From: Calditrichaceae bacterium
GTDB lineage: Bacteria; Calditrichota; Calditrichia; RBG-13-44-9; J075
NCBI GenBank assembly: GCA_013360445.1
Contig: JABWBP010000036.1
Location: forward strand, 322-64,321
Reading direction: 5' to 3'
DNA length: 64,000 nt
The position numbers were made by a program, and so were the translations under genes. Shown piece by piece: positions 28,359 to 37,384 of this stretch. Below the pieces are notes generated by a model. It was given only the letters and a program-made list of their open reading frames with translations. It was not told the DNA's origin and did not search any database. How positions within the stretch are numbered: the first letter of the stretch is position 1; the number at the start of each line of letters is the position of its first letter.

Positions 28359-28463
28359 TTAAGCTATCCTGATCACGCGGTTTCAATCCATTCATCCATC
28401 AATCCACTAATCCATCATCCATCAATCCACTACTCATCACTCCAACCCTCAACAATTCTCTGT

Positions 28464-30062
28464 TCATTCCACGCTCTCATCCACTTCCGGCGCTTTGGGT
28501 ATTTTAGGCGCTTTGGGCGGCTTCGGCGTTTTAGACGCTCGCATTTTTTTCTGTAAAAACCCCAGCCGCCCGAGGACCGGCAGTTTGCGAGCAAATTTGA
28601 ACCCCTCATCGAGAAACTCGAAGAAAATTTCATCCACGTCCTTGAAGCGCAGCAGCAGGTGCGCGCCCAACACGCTTACCAGGGAGAGCGCGGAGACCGC
28701 TATCAGCATGGGAATGGAATCATCGCTGAAATAGGGTTTGCTGAGCGTTTGCAAGAGCAGCAGCGTCCCGATCTGGATGAGTCCGTAAATCATCGCCGAT
28801 TGCTGGGCTTTCAGGAAACCGCCCAGGGTAAGGGGCAACTTCCGCATGGTGACTTGCAGCATCAACCCCAGGCTGATCACCGAGGCGGCCACCACTCCCC
28901 AGGCCACCCCGTCGATGCCCCAGGGAAGGCAGACATATACCAGCGTTCCCAATACGATGAGATACATGAAATCCCGCCGGGTATTATGGCCGATCAGTCC
29001 CTTGGCGCGCAGCACCGGCTGGAACAGCAAGGTAAAGGAGTCCAGCAGCCCGGAAAGGCACATCACCTGCAAGGGATACACGGTGGAAACCCATTTCTCC
29101 CCGTACACCACCCGGATCAGGGAGGGGGAGACGAAAAACAGCCAGATCATCAGCGGGTAACTGATGATGGAAAGGTAGGTGACCACCCGCAGCAGGCCTT
29201 TTACCACCCGCTGGTCATCATCCTGGATGCGGGAAAAACCGGAGAAGAGCACGCTGTTGATCTTGTGCACCAGCTCATGCCGGGGCAGGCTCATAATCTG
29301 AAAAGCGCGTTCGTAAAAACCCAATTGCACGGCGCCCAAAAATTTCCCCACCAGGAAAAAATCGATTTTTTTGACTGCAAAGTTGACGTAGGCTCCGGCA
29401 TAGACCCAGGCCCCGAAAGCAAACGCCTCTTTCATAGCCCACCAGCGAAAGCGCAGCCCCGGTCTCCAGGGGGTGTAGCGCCGGGCGAAATGGATCACCG
29501 CGGTTCGCTGCGCAAAACTCCCGATCAGGGTACCGAAAACCAGCGACCAAACGCCCGCGCCGGCAATGGCCAGGGCGACGGTGGAGAAAATCGTGGCGGC
29601 TTTGCCGATGGTCTGCGACATCCCTAACAACCGGAAGTTCATGTAACGCCGCAGGATGGAAGTCGGCACGCTGGCAAACGCTTTCAGGAGAAAATCGAAG
29701 GCGATGATGCGCAGGATCAGGTTCAGCTTATCATTATTGAAGAAATCGGCATAAAAAGGGGCCCCGAAAAACAGCGCCGCGCACACCAGCGCCATCAATG
29801 CCAGGTTCATGATGTAAACCGTGTCGTAATGCTCGTCTTTCACCTCTTTGAGCTGCACCAGCACGGTGCTGAACCCGAAGTTGGCCAGCCGGCGGGCAAA
29901 CTGGATGGCGATGGAGGCGATGCTCATCAACCCGAAATCTTCCGGGAAGAGCAGGCGCGCCAGAATGATAGAGCTGGCAAAGTTGAGCACGAACTCGAAC
30001 GAATCGAATAACACCGTCCAGAGGACGCCTTGCCGGGTTTTGGAGCCGATATCTTTGGACAT
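28464..30062 (-). CDS. wzx: Wzx-type polysaccharide flippase (MOP/MATE superfamily, polysaccharide biosynthesis protein)
   Basis: 532 aa with 12-14 TM segments and an N-terminus typical of PST-family flippases (VLWTVLFDSFEFVLNFASSIILARLLFPEDFGLMSIA). Unusual C-terminal tail KTPKPPKAPKIPKAPEVDESVE. Confidence 0.75.
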   Translation of the reverse strand: MSKDIGSKTRQGVLWTVLFDSFEFVLNFASSIILARLLFPEDFGLMSIASIAIQFARRLANFGFSTVLVQLKEVKDEHYDTVYIMNLALMALVCAALFFGAPFYADFFNNDKLNLILRIIAFDFLLKAFASVPTSILRRYMNFRLLGMSQTIGKAATIFSTVALAIAGAGVWSLVFGTLIGSFAQRTAVIHFARRYTPWRPGLRFRWWAMKEAFAFGAWVYAGAYVNFAVKKIDFFLVGKFLGAVQLGFYERAFQIMSLPRHELVHKINSVLFSGFSRIQDDDQRVVKGLLRVVTYLSIISYPLMIWLFFVSPSLIRVVYGEKWVSTVYPLQVMCLSGLLDSFTLLFQPVLRAKGLIGHNTRRDFMYLIVLGTLVYVCLPWGIDGVAWGVVAASVISLGLMLQVTMRKLPLTLGGFLKAQQSAMIYGLIQIGTLLLLQTLSKPYFSDDSIPMLIAVSALSLVSVLGAHLLLRFKDVDEIFFEFLDEGFKFARKLPVLGRLGFLQKKMRASKTPKPPKAPKIPKAPEVDESVE

Positions 30063-30300
30063 AAAAAGTGCGTTAGTGTTTGGGTGTTCGAGTGTTAAGG
30101 TGTTTTGGTGCTTTGGTGTTTCAGGATGGGGCTATTTATAATGCGCGAATTACCAGTTGAAAAATATGACCAGACGCTAAGGAAGCACAAAGGAATAGAA
30201 AAAATTTGAGGATATGAACGCTAAAACCTTTGTGAAACTTCCTGCCTTAGTGTCTTTGTGGCAAATTTTCTTCGCTCTCATCCCCAACCGGTAATTGGCA

Positions 30301-30476
30301 TGTTACTATTCAGCCACAGAGACCACAGAGGTCACAGAGGAAGATTTGGGGGTATCCACCACTTCGTGGAGAGCATTTAGAGCCTTATATTCCTGTATTT
30401 GTGATTTGATTAGGAATTTTTTTATGTCTCTGTGCTCTCTGTGGCCTCTGTGGCAAAACGCCTGAATAGTGACATT
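30301..30476. mobile_element. MITE-like element, full-length copy (about 176 bp) with about 50-bp CACAGAG-rich terminal inverted repeats
   Basis: Left end gttactattcagccacagagaccacagaggtcacagagg. The right end is the reverse complement (tctctgtgctctctgtggcctctgtggcaaaacgcctgaatagtgac). AT-rich core. There is no coding capacity. Confidence 0.65.
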
Positions 30477-30509
30477 GGCATTTATACTTTATACCATAAC
30501 ACTAAAACA

Positions 30510-32287
30510 CTATAACACCATTTGATTTTTCGCCAGCTTCAACAATTGATCGACCGAGCGGGTGATCTGGGCAAAGACGGATTTGAACTGCTCCAGGGTC
30601 TTCCCGTAGGGATCGGCGATCTCGATGGAACCGGCGCGCCCGGGTTGAAGCGCTCCCAGGAAAAACAGCTTCCGGCGCGCGCCGGGATAGAGTCTTTTGA
30701 CTTGCTTGTAAAGGTCAATATCCATCACAAAAATCACCCCCGCGACCGCGGCGTTTTCCGGGGTGAGCATTTTGGAGCGGTGCGCGGACATGTCCACCCC
30801 GAAGGATTCCGCCGCCGCCAGCGCCAGGCCCGGGCTGCGGCGATTTTCGCGGGGAATTAAACCAAAAGAATCTCCGGAAATGTGATTCAAATTATGTTTG
30901 GCGGAGAGGCTTTTTAAGTAGATCCCCGCGAAGGGGCTGCGGCAGATATTCCCCTTGCACACAAAGGCCACCGCGGGATTGCGGCGCAGCAGCTTAGCGA
31001 TGCGGCGCTGCCGAAGCCAGCGGCCGGGAAGGTTAAATTTGTAATCGAAGTGAATCAGCGCCCGGGAGAGTTTGTCCGCCGCGCCGCGAAGATTTTTTTT
31101 CAGATAGCTGAGCAGTTGCCTTACCCCGGGTTGGGGATCGTCCCATACAATGGTATCCCAGCGTTCCCGGAAGAGGAGAAGATTTTTGGCCTCCCCTAAC
31201 ACCGCGCGCCAGGGCAGCGCCAGGCTGAACGGATTGCTTTTATCGGCGCGAAAATTCTCTTTTAACCAGTCCAAATCGTGCACCGGGTTGCGGACGTAGA
31301 GGTTTTTCCGGTATTGCACATGCTGCGGCAGCCGGTCGTTGACCAGCATATCGAACAGCCAGGCCGGGAAATCCACTCCCGCGGCGACCGCCAGGGGCAG
31401 GGATCCCCAGAAGCGCCCGTTGATCTCCATGAACACCGCGGCGCCGGTGGATTTATCGTATTTATATTCCACCATGGCCACCCCGGTCCAGTTGAGCGCC
31501 TGCAACAGTTTCAGGGAGTGGCTCAACAGCAGCGGGTCGATCTCCACGCTCTTGCGGTAGCTGCTCCCCCCGCCTTTTTGAGGCTCGTGAACCCGCTCAT
31601 GCTGAAAGACCGCCAGCGCTTGCCCGTCTTTCATCAGGAATTCCTGCCCCACCCCAACGCCCGGGTGAAAGGTCTGGATCAGCACCGGGCAGAGCGCCAG
31701 TAAAGCGGGCAGCTTGCGCCCCAGCTCGGCGCGGTCGCGCGCCAGGGTAACGGAGAGATCGTAACGCAGGTTGTCCCGCCACACTTTGGAAGAGACCGGC
31801 TTGAGAATCAGGGGAAAGCCAAATTCTGCGATAACCCTTTCAATCCCCTCGGGGCTGTGAATCTCGGCGCTGCGGGGGCAGGGCACGCCCAGCGATTCCG
31901 CCAACTCCAGGGTTTGGCGCTTGTCGTAGGTGTAGCGGAAGCCGCGCTCGTCGGGAATGGCGAATTTAGCCAGCTTTTCCAGCCGGGCGCGATTTTGCAC
32001 GACCGGCACCAGGTATTTATCCACCGTGGGGATCACCAGGTCATACTTTTCCCGGGCAAGGTGCTCGGCCAGTTTCTCTAACCACAGCTCCGGGGTTCGC
32101 CCGGCGCCGGGGAAACGGATCACTTTGCGGGTATAACGCGAAAACTGGGCAATGGAATAGGGCTGGTCGATGCCTAAATGTACTTCGACGCCGCGCCGCC
32201 CCAGGGAACGGGTCACCGTCAGGGCGCTGCGGTCGTCAACGCCCAGGACTAAAGCTTTTTGAGAGCGCTCGGAAAAGGTTTTTTTCA
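30510..32287 (-). CDS. Fusion protein: N-terminal ATP-grasp ligase domain and C-terminal low-molecular-weight protein tyrosine phosphatase (LMW-PTP, Wzb-like) domain
   Basis: The N-terminal 420 aa is paralogous to the ATP-grasp at 43173..44354 (LVLGVDDRSALTVTRSLGRRGVEVHL vs VLVLGGTSNALAIARALGRQGIRVYL). The C-terminal 150 aa has the LMW-PTP P-loop VAFVCKGNICRSPFAG (CX5R) and a DPY motif (IADPYG). The ATG at 32287 is preferred; the ORF-track start at 32300 is a TTG. Confidence 0.7.
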
Positions 32288-32397
32288 TCAGTAATTTCAA
32301 AGTCAGGCAATATGAAAAGAAGTAAAGGAGTGTTCAGGCGTTTGTGTGTTCAAGTGTTTTAGTGGTCAGATCGCTCAAACACTATAACGCCAGAACA

Positions 32398-33438
32398 CTA
32401 TAACACCAAAACACTATTAATTTTTTTGGGCGGAACGAAGTCGTACATATACATATCCCGGTAGGCCAGATCGCCTTCCAGGTAAGTGAGGTGCCAGGAG
32501 GCTCCCTCGAAACGCCCCTTAGGGTCGCGCAGCCAGAAGGGGGATTCCCGAAAAACGAAGTGCCCGTTTTGCTTTAACGCCTGCACAAAATGGGGATCGG
32601 AGGCCAGGGTGGTGATAATGCAGCACCCCTTTTGGGTGAGAAATTGCTCCAATTGGCGAAGAACCTGGCGCCAAAATCCCACCTCCTTGCCGAGGTATGA
32701 AACGTGCACGATCCTTCCGCAGACCACGCCCTCGATCTCCTGCACGTAGCACAGTGCGGTTCCCGCCGGTTTGCCGTCTTTGCGCAGGGTGAAGGGATAA
32801 GCATCCACGCCGGGAACCTTCATCAACCACTCAATATGCTCTTTTTGGGTCTCGTTCGCAACCGCCAAATCACTCCCCGGGAGAATCGGCGCATTGCCGT
32901 CGTAAGGAACCAGCGCCAACTCCCCGTTGGCAGGCAGGGGTTTGCGGAGCAGCAAGCCCCGGGAGTAGAAAGCGGTTTTAACGATTTTCCGGAGCGGGTC
33001 GTGGTTCAGCGCCTTCAGGTAGGGCAGGGGACGGGTCACTTTCAGGAAGCGGGATACCTGCAAGGGGGTTTTGAACTTCAGCAGGGGATAGATCTTCCAC
33101 ACCACTTCCGTGCCCCCGATAACGAAGGTAAAATCGCCCATTTTGAGTACTTTGGAGTAGAGCGGCAGGGCGGCCTGCTTGCCGGAGGCCTCGTCCACCA
33201 GCCATTCGATGGTGAACACGCCTTTGTAAGAAGCGCCGTTGAAGCGGTAATCGGAAATGATATAGCCGATGTGCCCGACGATTTTTTCGCCGGAAACCGC
33301 CACAAACGAGCGCAGCCGGCCATGGGAGTCCGCTAAAAGCCAACGGAATATATCCGGGTCGCGCCGGCGGGGATGCCATAATTTTGCCACCCCCTCCAGG
33401 TCGGCCGCGGTGGTTTGTCGGATTAAGATTTCTTCCAT
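32398..33438 (-). CDS. GNAT-fold/FemAB-like tandem acyltransferase-like protein (hypothetical)
   Basis: 346 aa with two GNAT-like halves. There are no strong catalytic motifs, so this is a weak assignment based on size and architecture. Confidence 0.4.
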   Translation of the reverse strand: MEEILIRQTTAADLEGVAKLWHPRRRDPDIFRWLLADSHGRLRSFVAVSGEKIVGHIGYIISDYRFNGASYKGVFTIEWLVDEASGKQAALPLYSKVLKMGDFTFVIGGTEVVWKIYPLLKFKTPLQVSRFLKVTRPLPYLKALNHDPLRKIVKTAFYSRGLLLRKPLPANGELALVPYDGNAPILPGSDLAVANETQKEHIEWLMKVPGVDAYPFTLRKDGKPAGTALCYVQEIEGVVCGRIVHVSYLGKEVGFWRQVLRQLEQFLTQKGCCIITTLASDPHFVQALKQNGHFVFRESPFWLRDPKGRFEGASWHLTYLEGDLAYRDMYMYDFVPPKKINSVLVL

Positions 33439-33460
33439 AATTCTGTTGTCGGGTTATAGT

Positions 33461-33487
33461 CCTCAAAGGTTTTTGAAACCTTTGAGG
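33461..33487. terminator. Hairpin cctcaaaggtttttgaaacctttgagg between fabG and the GNAT-like gene
   Basis: Perfect 11-bp stem. It lies 63 nt downstream of the fabG stop on the minus strand. There is no U-tract. Confidence 0.35.
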
Positions 33488-33549
33488 TCTTTGAGCAAAA
33501 TAAATTTTGCACTCCGGATTTACCTGCTTTCTGCTACTTCCCCCTGTCT

Positions 33550-34290
33550 TCACACCACCTGGCAGCCGTCCACCCCGATTACCTGGCCGCTTACGAAATC
33601 GCTTAGCTCCGAGGCCAGGAAGAGCGCCACGCCGGCCACGTCCGCGGGCTTCCCGATGCGCTTGAGGGCGGTGTTGTCGATCAATTTTTGGCGCTGCTCC
33701 GGCTTCAGGGCGGTGATCATGTCGGTCTCGATCAAACCCGGGGCCACCGCGTTCACGGTAATCCCGAAAGCGCCGAGCTCCTTGGCCGCGGAGGTGGTCA
33801 TCCCGATGACCCCGGCTTTGGCGCCGGCGTACACCACCTGCCCGGCGTTTCCGTAGCGCCCGATGACAGAAGATAAGTTGATTATCTTGCCCCGCTGCTG
33901 CCGGATCATCATCTTGGCGGCGCGCTGCAAGCAGTTGAAGGTGCCTTTCAGGTTTATCTCCATCAAGGCATCATAATCGGCGTCCGGGGTCATCAACAAT
34001 AGATTATCGCGTAAAATTCCGGCGTTATTCACTAAGATATCCAGGCGACCGAATTCCGCCTTGATTTGCCGGAACATGGCGTCCACTTCTTCGCGCTTGC
34101 TCACGTCCGCTTTGATGGCAACCGCGCGTACGCCGAGCTTGCGAACCTCTTCCGCCAGCTCCCGGGCTTTTCCCTCGCTCCGGTGAAAATTGAGCGCCAG
34201 GTCCGCGCCGTTTTTGGCAAATAACAGGCTGATCTCCCTTCCGATCCCCCGGCCCGCCCCGGTGATCAGGGCAACTTTATCTTTCAGCAT
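33550..34290 (-). CDS. fabG: 3-oxoacyl-ACP reductase-type SDR (FabG-like)
   Basis: TGAGRGIGREI (NAD(P)-binding), NNAGI, and the YAGAKAGVIGMT catalytic YxxxK. 247 aa from the ATG at 34290. The ORF-track start at 34365 lies in the repeat array. Confidence 0.85.
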   Translation of the reverse strand: MLKDKVALITGAGRGIGREISLLFAKNGADLALNFHRSEGKARELAEEVRKLGVRAVAIKADVSKREEVDAMFRQIKAEFGRLDILVNNAGILRDNLLLMTPDADYDALMEINLKGTFNCLQRAAKMMIRQQRGKIINLSSVIGRYGNAGQVVYAGAKAGVIGMTTSAAKELGAFGITVNAVAPGLIETDMITALKPEQRQKLIDNTALKRIGKPADVAGVALFLASELSDFVSGQVIGVDGCQVV

Positions 34291-34327
34291 GGATGTTTCC
34301 TGTGTTTTATCGGATTTGAATTTCGAA

Positions 34328-34562
34328 GTCATTATGGCTGCGCCGTCATTTCGCTGCGCTGTCATTGGGCTGCGCCGTCATTTGCTCGCCCCGCCGGGGC
34401 TGCACTGTCATTTGGCGCCATTAATAGGCTGATTCCCAATGGCATAACGCGCAAACGCAAATGACAGCGCAGCGTAATGACGCAATGACGGCGAAGCCAA
34501 ATGACAGCGCAGCATAATGACGGCGAAGCCAATTGACGCCCGGGCAAATGACCATCAATGGC
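34328..34562. repeat. Roughly 235-bp inverted array of AATGACAGCG(C/A)AGC 14-mers filling the luxC-like/fabG intergenic gap
   Basis: The left arm units read gctgcgccgtcatt (minus orientation, 34336-34400). The right arm units read aatgacagcgcagc / aatgacggcgaagcc (plus orientation, 34459-34535). This gives a long imperfect hairpin. The same family occurs at 24326-24432. Confidence 0.65.
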
Positions 34563-34574
34563 CTTACCCGCTCC

Positions 34575-35879
34575 CTATTCCGCGCCCTCGCTCATCCGCA
34601 TAGAGGTCCAGCGCACTAAACGATTGATGTAGAGAATCCCGTCCCAGGGGGTATCGTAATTGTTCATGGTTCCGATGGCGGTGCAGCGAGCCACTCCCCG
34701 GCGGGTGGCCTGCTCGCAAAAGTCGAGCGTCTTTGGGCGGTCTTTGAGGGCGATTCCCACGGTCTGGATTTTGTTAGTAATCAGGGGAAGCACGTCGAAC
34801 ACCGAATCCACCTCCTTGATGAACACGGTGCGCGACATCACCGGCTCTTCCAATTGCAGCTCGTTATTGACCAGAATGGTCCAATCGAGCGCTTCGGAAC
34901 AGATAATCTCTTTCCCGGGATCCAGCCAGTAGATGCCGCGGGCGTTCAGCACCTTGGCGTACCCGCCCACCGGCTTGGGATATTTGGGGCTGACCTGGCG
35001 AAACGCTTCCGCAAGCTCCACGGCCAGCTTCGGCAAATATCTTCCGTTGGAGCCGGCAACCGGGCGCTCGCCCCCCCGTTTCCGCTCGCAGAAAACCACC
35101 TGGGGGGAGGAGCAGGCTTCCTGCTCGAAAATGATCGCATCCATGGCCAGGCGGCGGCACAGCGCCGGGGCGACGGATTCCTCGTCCACCACGGCAAAGG
35201 AATACTTCGGGCCGAAAACGATGCTCTCGCAATGCTCTCGCTGCGGCAGCGCCAGGATGGAGCGCACCGCCTCCGCGCCGCCCCAGATCACCTTGCAGTC
35301 CGCGGCGAGGGAAAACTGGCGGTTGAGTTCCGGGTTTTCGCTGGGAAAATAGACTACCGCGATGCTTTTCAGCACCTCCGCCCCGCGCAGGACTTTACCC
35401 TGGTGCTCCGCCTGCACCCCGCCGAGCACTTTCAGAATCTTCAGCACCCCGGGCAGGGTTTCTTTGGGCACGCGCAGGATGTTGGCGTTTTTGGCGAGAA
35501 TGGATTGCACCAGGGAAAAAATCGCCAGGGTGGGCACGTTCCCGGCCACCCAGTGGCAAACCACCCCGCGCGGCTGGGCGCGCAGGGAAAGGTGGTTTTC
35601 CTTTTCCACAAAGGTATCCAGGCAGGTTTTATCGCCTAAGTTGATCTCCAGGTAGTGATTGAGATTGGAGGCGCGCAGCCAGGAGGCGAGGTAGAACACT
35701 CCCTCCTCGGAAATCACCGTGCGGGTCAGCTCCTTGCCGAAGGCGGCCAGGAATTTGACGATCAAATCCACCGGGGCGTTATACAAAACGTTCTGGTCTA
35801 ATTTTTCGACAATCGGATTAAAATTCGCAAAAGCGGATTCCGTGAATTCGCCGTTCTGTAGATAGCATTCTATGTTCAT
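34575..35879 (-). CDS. LuxC-like acyl-CoA/acyl-ACP reductase (aldehyde-forming), ALDH-like fold
   Basis: About 435 aa from the ATG at 35879. Its size and context (directly downstream of a LuxE-like adenylating enzyme, an AMP-ligase and an ACP) fit the LuxC family. The assignment rests on architecture, not a defined motif. The ORF-track N-terminal extension to 35981 translates the tandem repeat. Confidence 0.45.
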   Translation of the reverse strand: MNIECYLQNGEFTESAFANFNPIVEKLDQNVLYNAPVDLIVKFLAAFGKELTRTVISEEGVFYLASWLRASNLNHYLEINLGDKTCLDTFVEKENHLSLRAQPRGVVCHWVAGNVPTLAIFSLVQSILAKNANILRVPKETLPGVLKILKVLGGVQAEHQGKVLRGAEVLKSIAVVYFPSENPELNRQFSLAADCKVIWGGAEAVRSILALPQREHCESIVFGPKYSFAVVDEESVAPALCRRLAMDAIIFEQEACSSPQVVFCERKRGGERPVAGSNGRYLPKLAVELAEAFRQVSPKYPKPVGGYAKVLNARGIYWLDPGKEIICSEALDWTILVNNELQLEEPVMSRTVFIKEVDSVFDVLPLITNKIQTVGIALKDRPKTLDFCEQATRRGVARCTAIGTMNNYDTPWDGILYINRLVRWTSMRMSEGAE

Positions 35880-35880
35880 G

Positions 35881-35915
35881 GGGTTTGGGTTTGGGTTTCG
35901 AGTTTTGAGTTGTGA
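35881..35915. repeat. GGGTTTGGGTTTCGAGTTTTGAGTTG tandem repeat immediately 5' of the luxC-like ATG
   Basis: The repeat starts 1 nt after the start codon (35877-35879, minus strand), so the mRNA leader reads ..caactcaaaactcgaaacccaaacccaaaccc-AUG. Same family as 24256-24284 and 38711-38798. Confidence 0.6.
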
Positions 35916-36115
35916 GTGGGTAGCGGAGCGGGGTTTTATCCCTTCGGGGCTTTCGCCAATGGTTGAATGCTGTTTTCTCAATTAATCTCTGGCAATTTCT
36001 TCGCCAGGAAACAGAGTTTCCTCCATTTGGTCAGCAAAATGCTCGTGCTCGTCACGATGCTCCGCAACGCCGCCATTTTCGAGCGGGCCAATCTTCGGTA
36101 GCCCCCCTTTGCAGT

Positions 36116-36220
36116 GTTACTGTATTTTTTTAACCGCAGAGAAGATAAGGCATTTCTTCAAAAATACATTTCCCCCCGGCGTAACTCTGCGAACTCTGCG
36201 CTCTCTGCGGTTGAAATAAC
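36116..36220. mobile_element. Variant MITE-like element with CGCAGAG-type terminal inverted repeats
   Basis: Perfect 11-bp inverted repeat aaccgcagaga (36132-36142) / tctctgcggtt (36204-36214). The outer gttactgtat resembles the gttactattcag terminus of the main family. Confidence 0.45.
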
Positions 36221-36277
36221 CAGATGAGACCGCAGCACACTCAACAAGGGGACTATCCAATCTTCAATTTTCACTCT

Positions 36278-37384
36278 TCAATTCTCCCTGAACGTGTCCC
36301 CGCAACCCCGCGCTTCGGATTTTTCTAACCGGGAGCGGAACACGAAGTATTTCCCCTTGCGCCCGCAGGGGCAATCGTCCGCGCCCAGGATTTCCCCCAC
36401 GTCTTCGGTGAGGATGGACATGCCCGGGTAGCTGTCCGGCAGCAGGTTCATGATCTCGATGTAGCCGGGCTGGCCGATGCCGTTCTCCTCCAGGGTGAGG
36501 TAGTTGCGGATTTTCACTTCCGCGAAGTTGGGCGCGTGTTTATGCCCGGCAACGCAGTCGATAAACACGATGCCGGTCTGCTCCACCATGCCGTAGTAAT
36601 CCAGCACGTTCTCCGGGCGGCTTCCTAACAAACCCGCCAGGGTCCCGGAGAAGACCTCTTTGGAGACGCTCTGGGCGCGCAGTTTTTTCCAGCCCCCGCC
36701 GTGCACCAGCACTAAGTTGGGGCAGTGAAAGCGCAGGTTCGCATCCAACAGGGCTTTGCGGAATTCCGACCAGATTACAAAGGTAAATCCCAGCGCAAAC
36801 ACCTCCTCGGCCTGGTGGCGGCGGAAAAAATCCCTCACCCGCTCCTCGTTGAACACCATCCGGCCGTCGTGGTCGTCGAAGGCGTACACCATCTCCCGGG
36901 CCAGAATGCTGAACCCGCGGATTGCCGCTCCCCGGGCCGTGATTCCCCGGGCCTCGCGGTTGCTGGCGGGGCTGTCTATAGCTAAGAAGGGGCGGCGTTT
37001 TGCGCCGAAATGGTTTTTGATGATCGCGGCCAGCGCTTTGGTCTGCCGCTGCGCCGTCAGGGGGCTGATGGGAATGCGGCTGGGGGTCTGCCCGCTGGTG
37101 GAGCTGGAGTAGAGGATGCGCTGCAACTCTCCCGGGGAGGTTTGCAAATCGAAATATTTGAACATCTGGGTGGGCAGCGGCGGCACCGCGGCCAGGGAAG
37201 GAATGCGGTCGATATCCAGCGCCAATTTATCCAGCCAGGATTTGACGTGGCGGTTGTTCCGGTAGTGGGATTTCAGTTGCTCTCTGATGACCGGCAGTAA
37301 ACGCTTCTCTTTCTCCGCATCGGTGAACTGGTATTGTGGTTCGCTGATAAGCTGGTCGATTTGCTGATCTATGTTCATGGTCAT
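36278..37384 (-). CDS. LuxE/PaaK-like adenylate-forming acyl-protein synthetase
   Basis: 368 aa. The Ser/Thr-rich P-loop ILYSSSTSGQTPSRI resembles the PaaK/LuxE SSGTTGKP motif, and the size matches the LuxE family. Confidence 0.5.
   Translation of the reverse strand: MTMNIDQQIDQLISEPQYQFTDAEKEKRLLPVIREQLKSHYRNNRHVKSWLDKLALDIDRIPSLAAVPPLPTQMFKYFDLQTSPGELQRILYSSSTSGQTPSRIPISPLTAQRQTKALAAIIKNHFGAKRRPFLAIDSPASNREARGITARGAAIRGFSILAREMVYAFDDHDGRMVFNEERVRDFFRRHQAEEVFALGFTFVIWSEFRKALLDANLRFHCPNLVLVHGGGWKKLRAQSVSKEVFSGTLAGLLGSRPENVLDYYGMVEQTGIVFIDCVAGHKHAPNFAEVKIRNYLTLEENGIGQPGYIEIMNLLPDSYPGMSILTEDVGEILGADDCPCGRKGKYFVFRSRLEKSEARGCGDTFREN

Noticed and set aside
28300-28450. Possible CRISPR array (regular short repeats)
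   Set aside because: The units are 9-10 bp and directly abutting, with no unique spacers of 25-40 bp. No cas genes are present. The same holds for the 49475-49606 and 38711-38798 arrays.
30510-32300. ORF-track start at 32300 for the ATP-grasp/PTP fusion
   Set aside because: The codon at 32298-32300 is TTG. The in-frame ATG at 32285-32287 (MKKTFSE..) is preferred, and domain content is unaffected.
34362-34547. 61-aa ORF on the minus strand within the 14-mer array
   Set aside because: It lies entirely inside the AATGACAGCGCAGC inverted repeat array. The periodic composition is a consequence of the repeat, not of coding.
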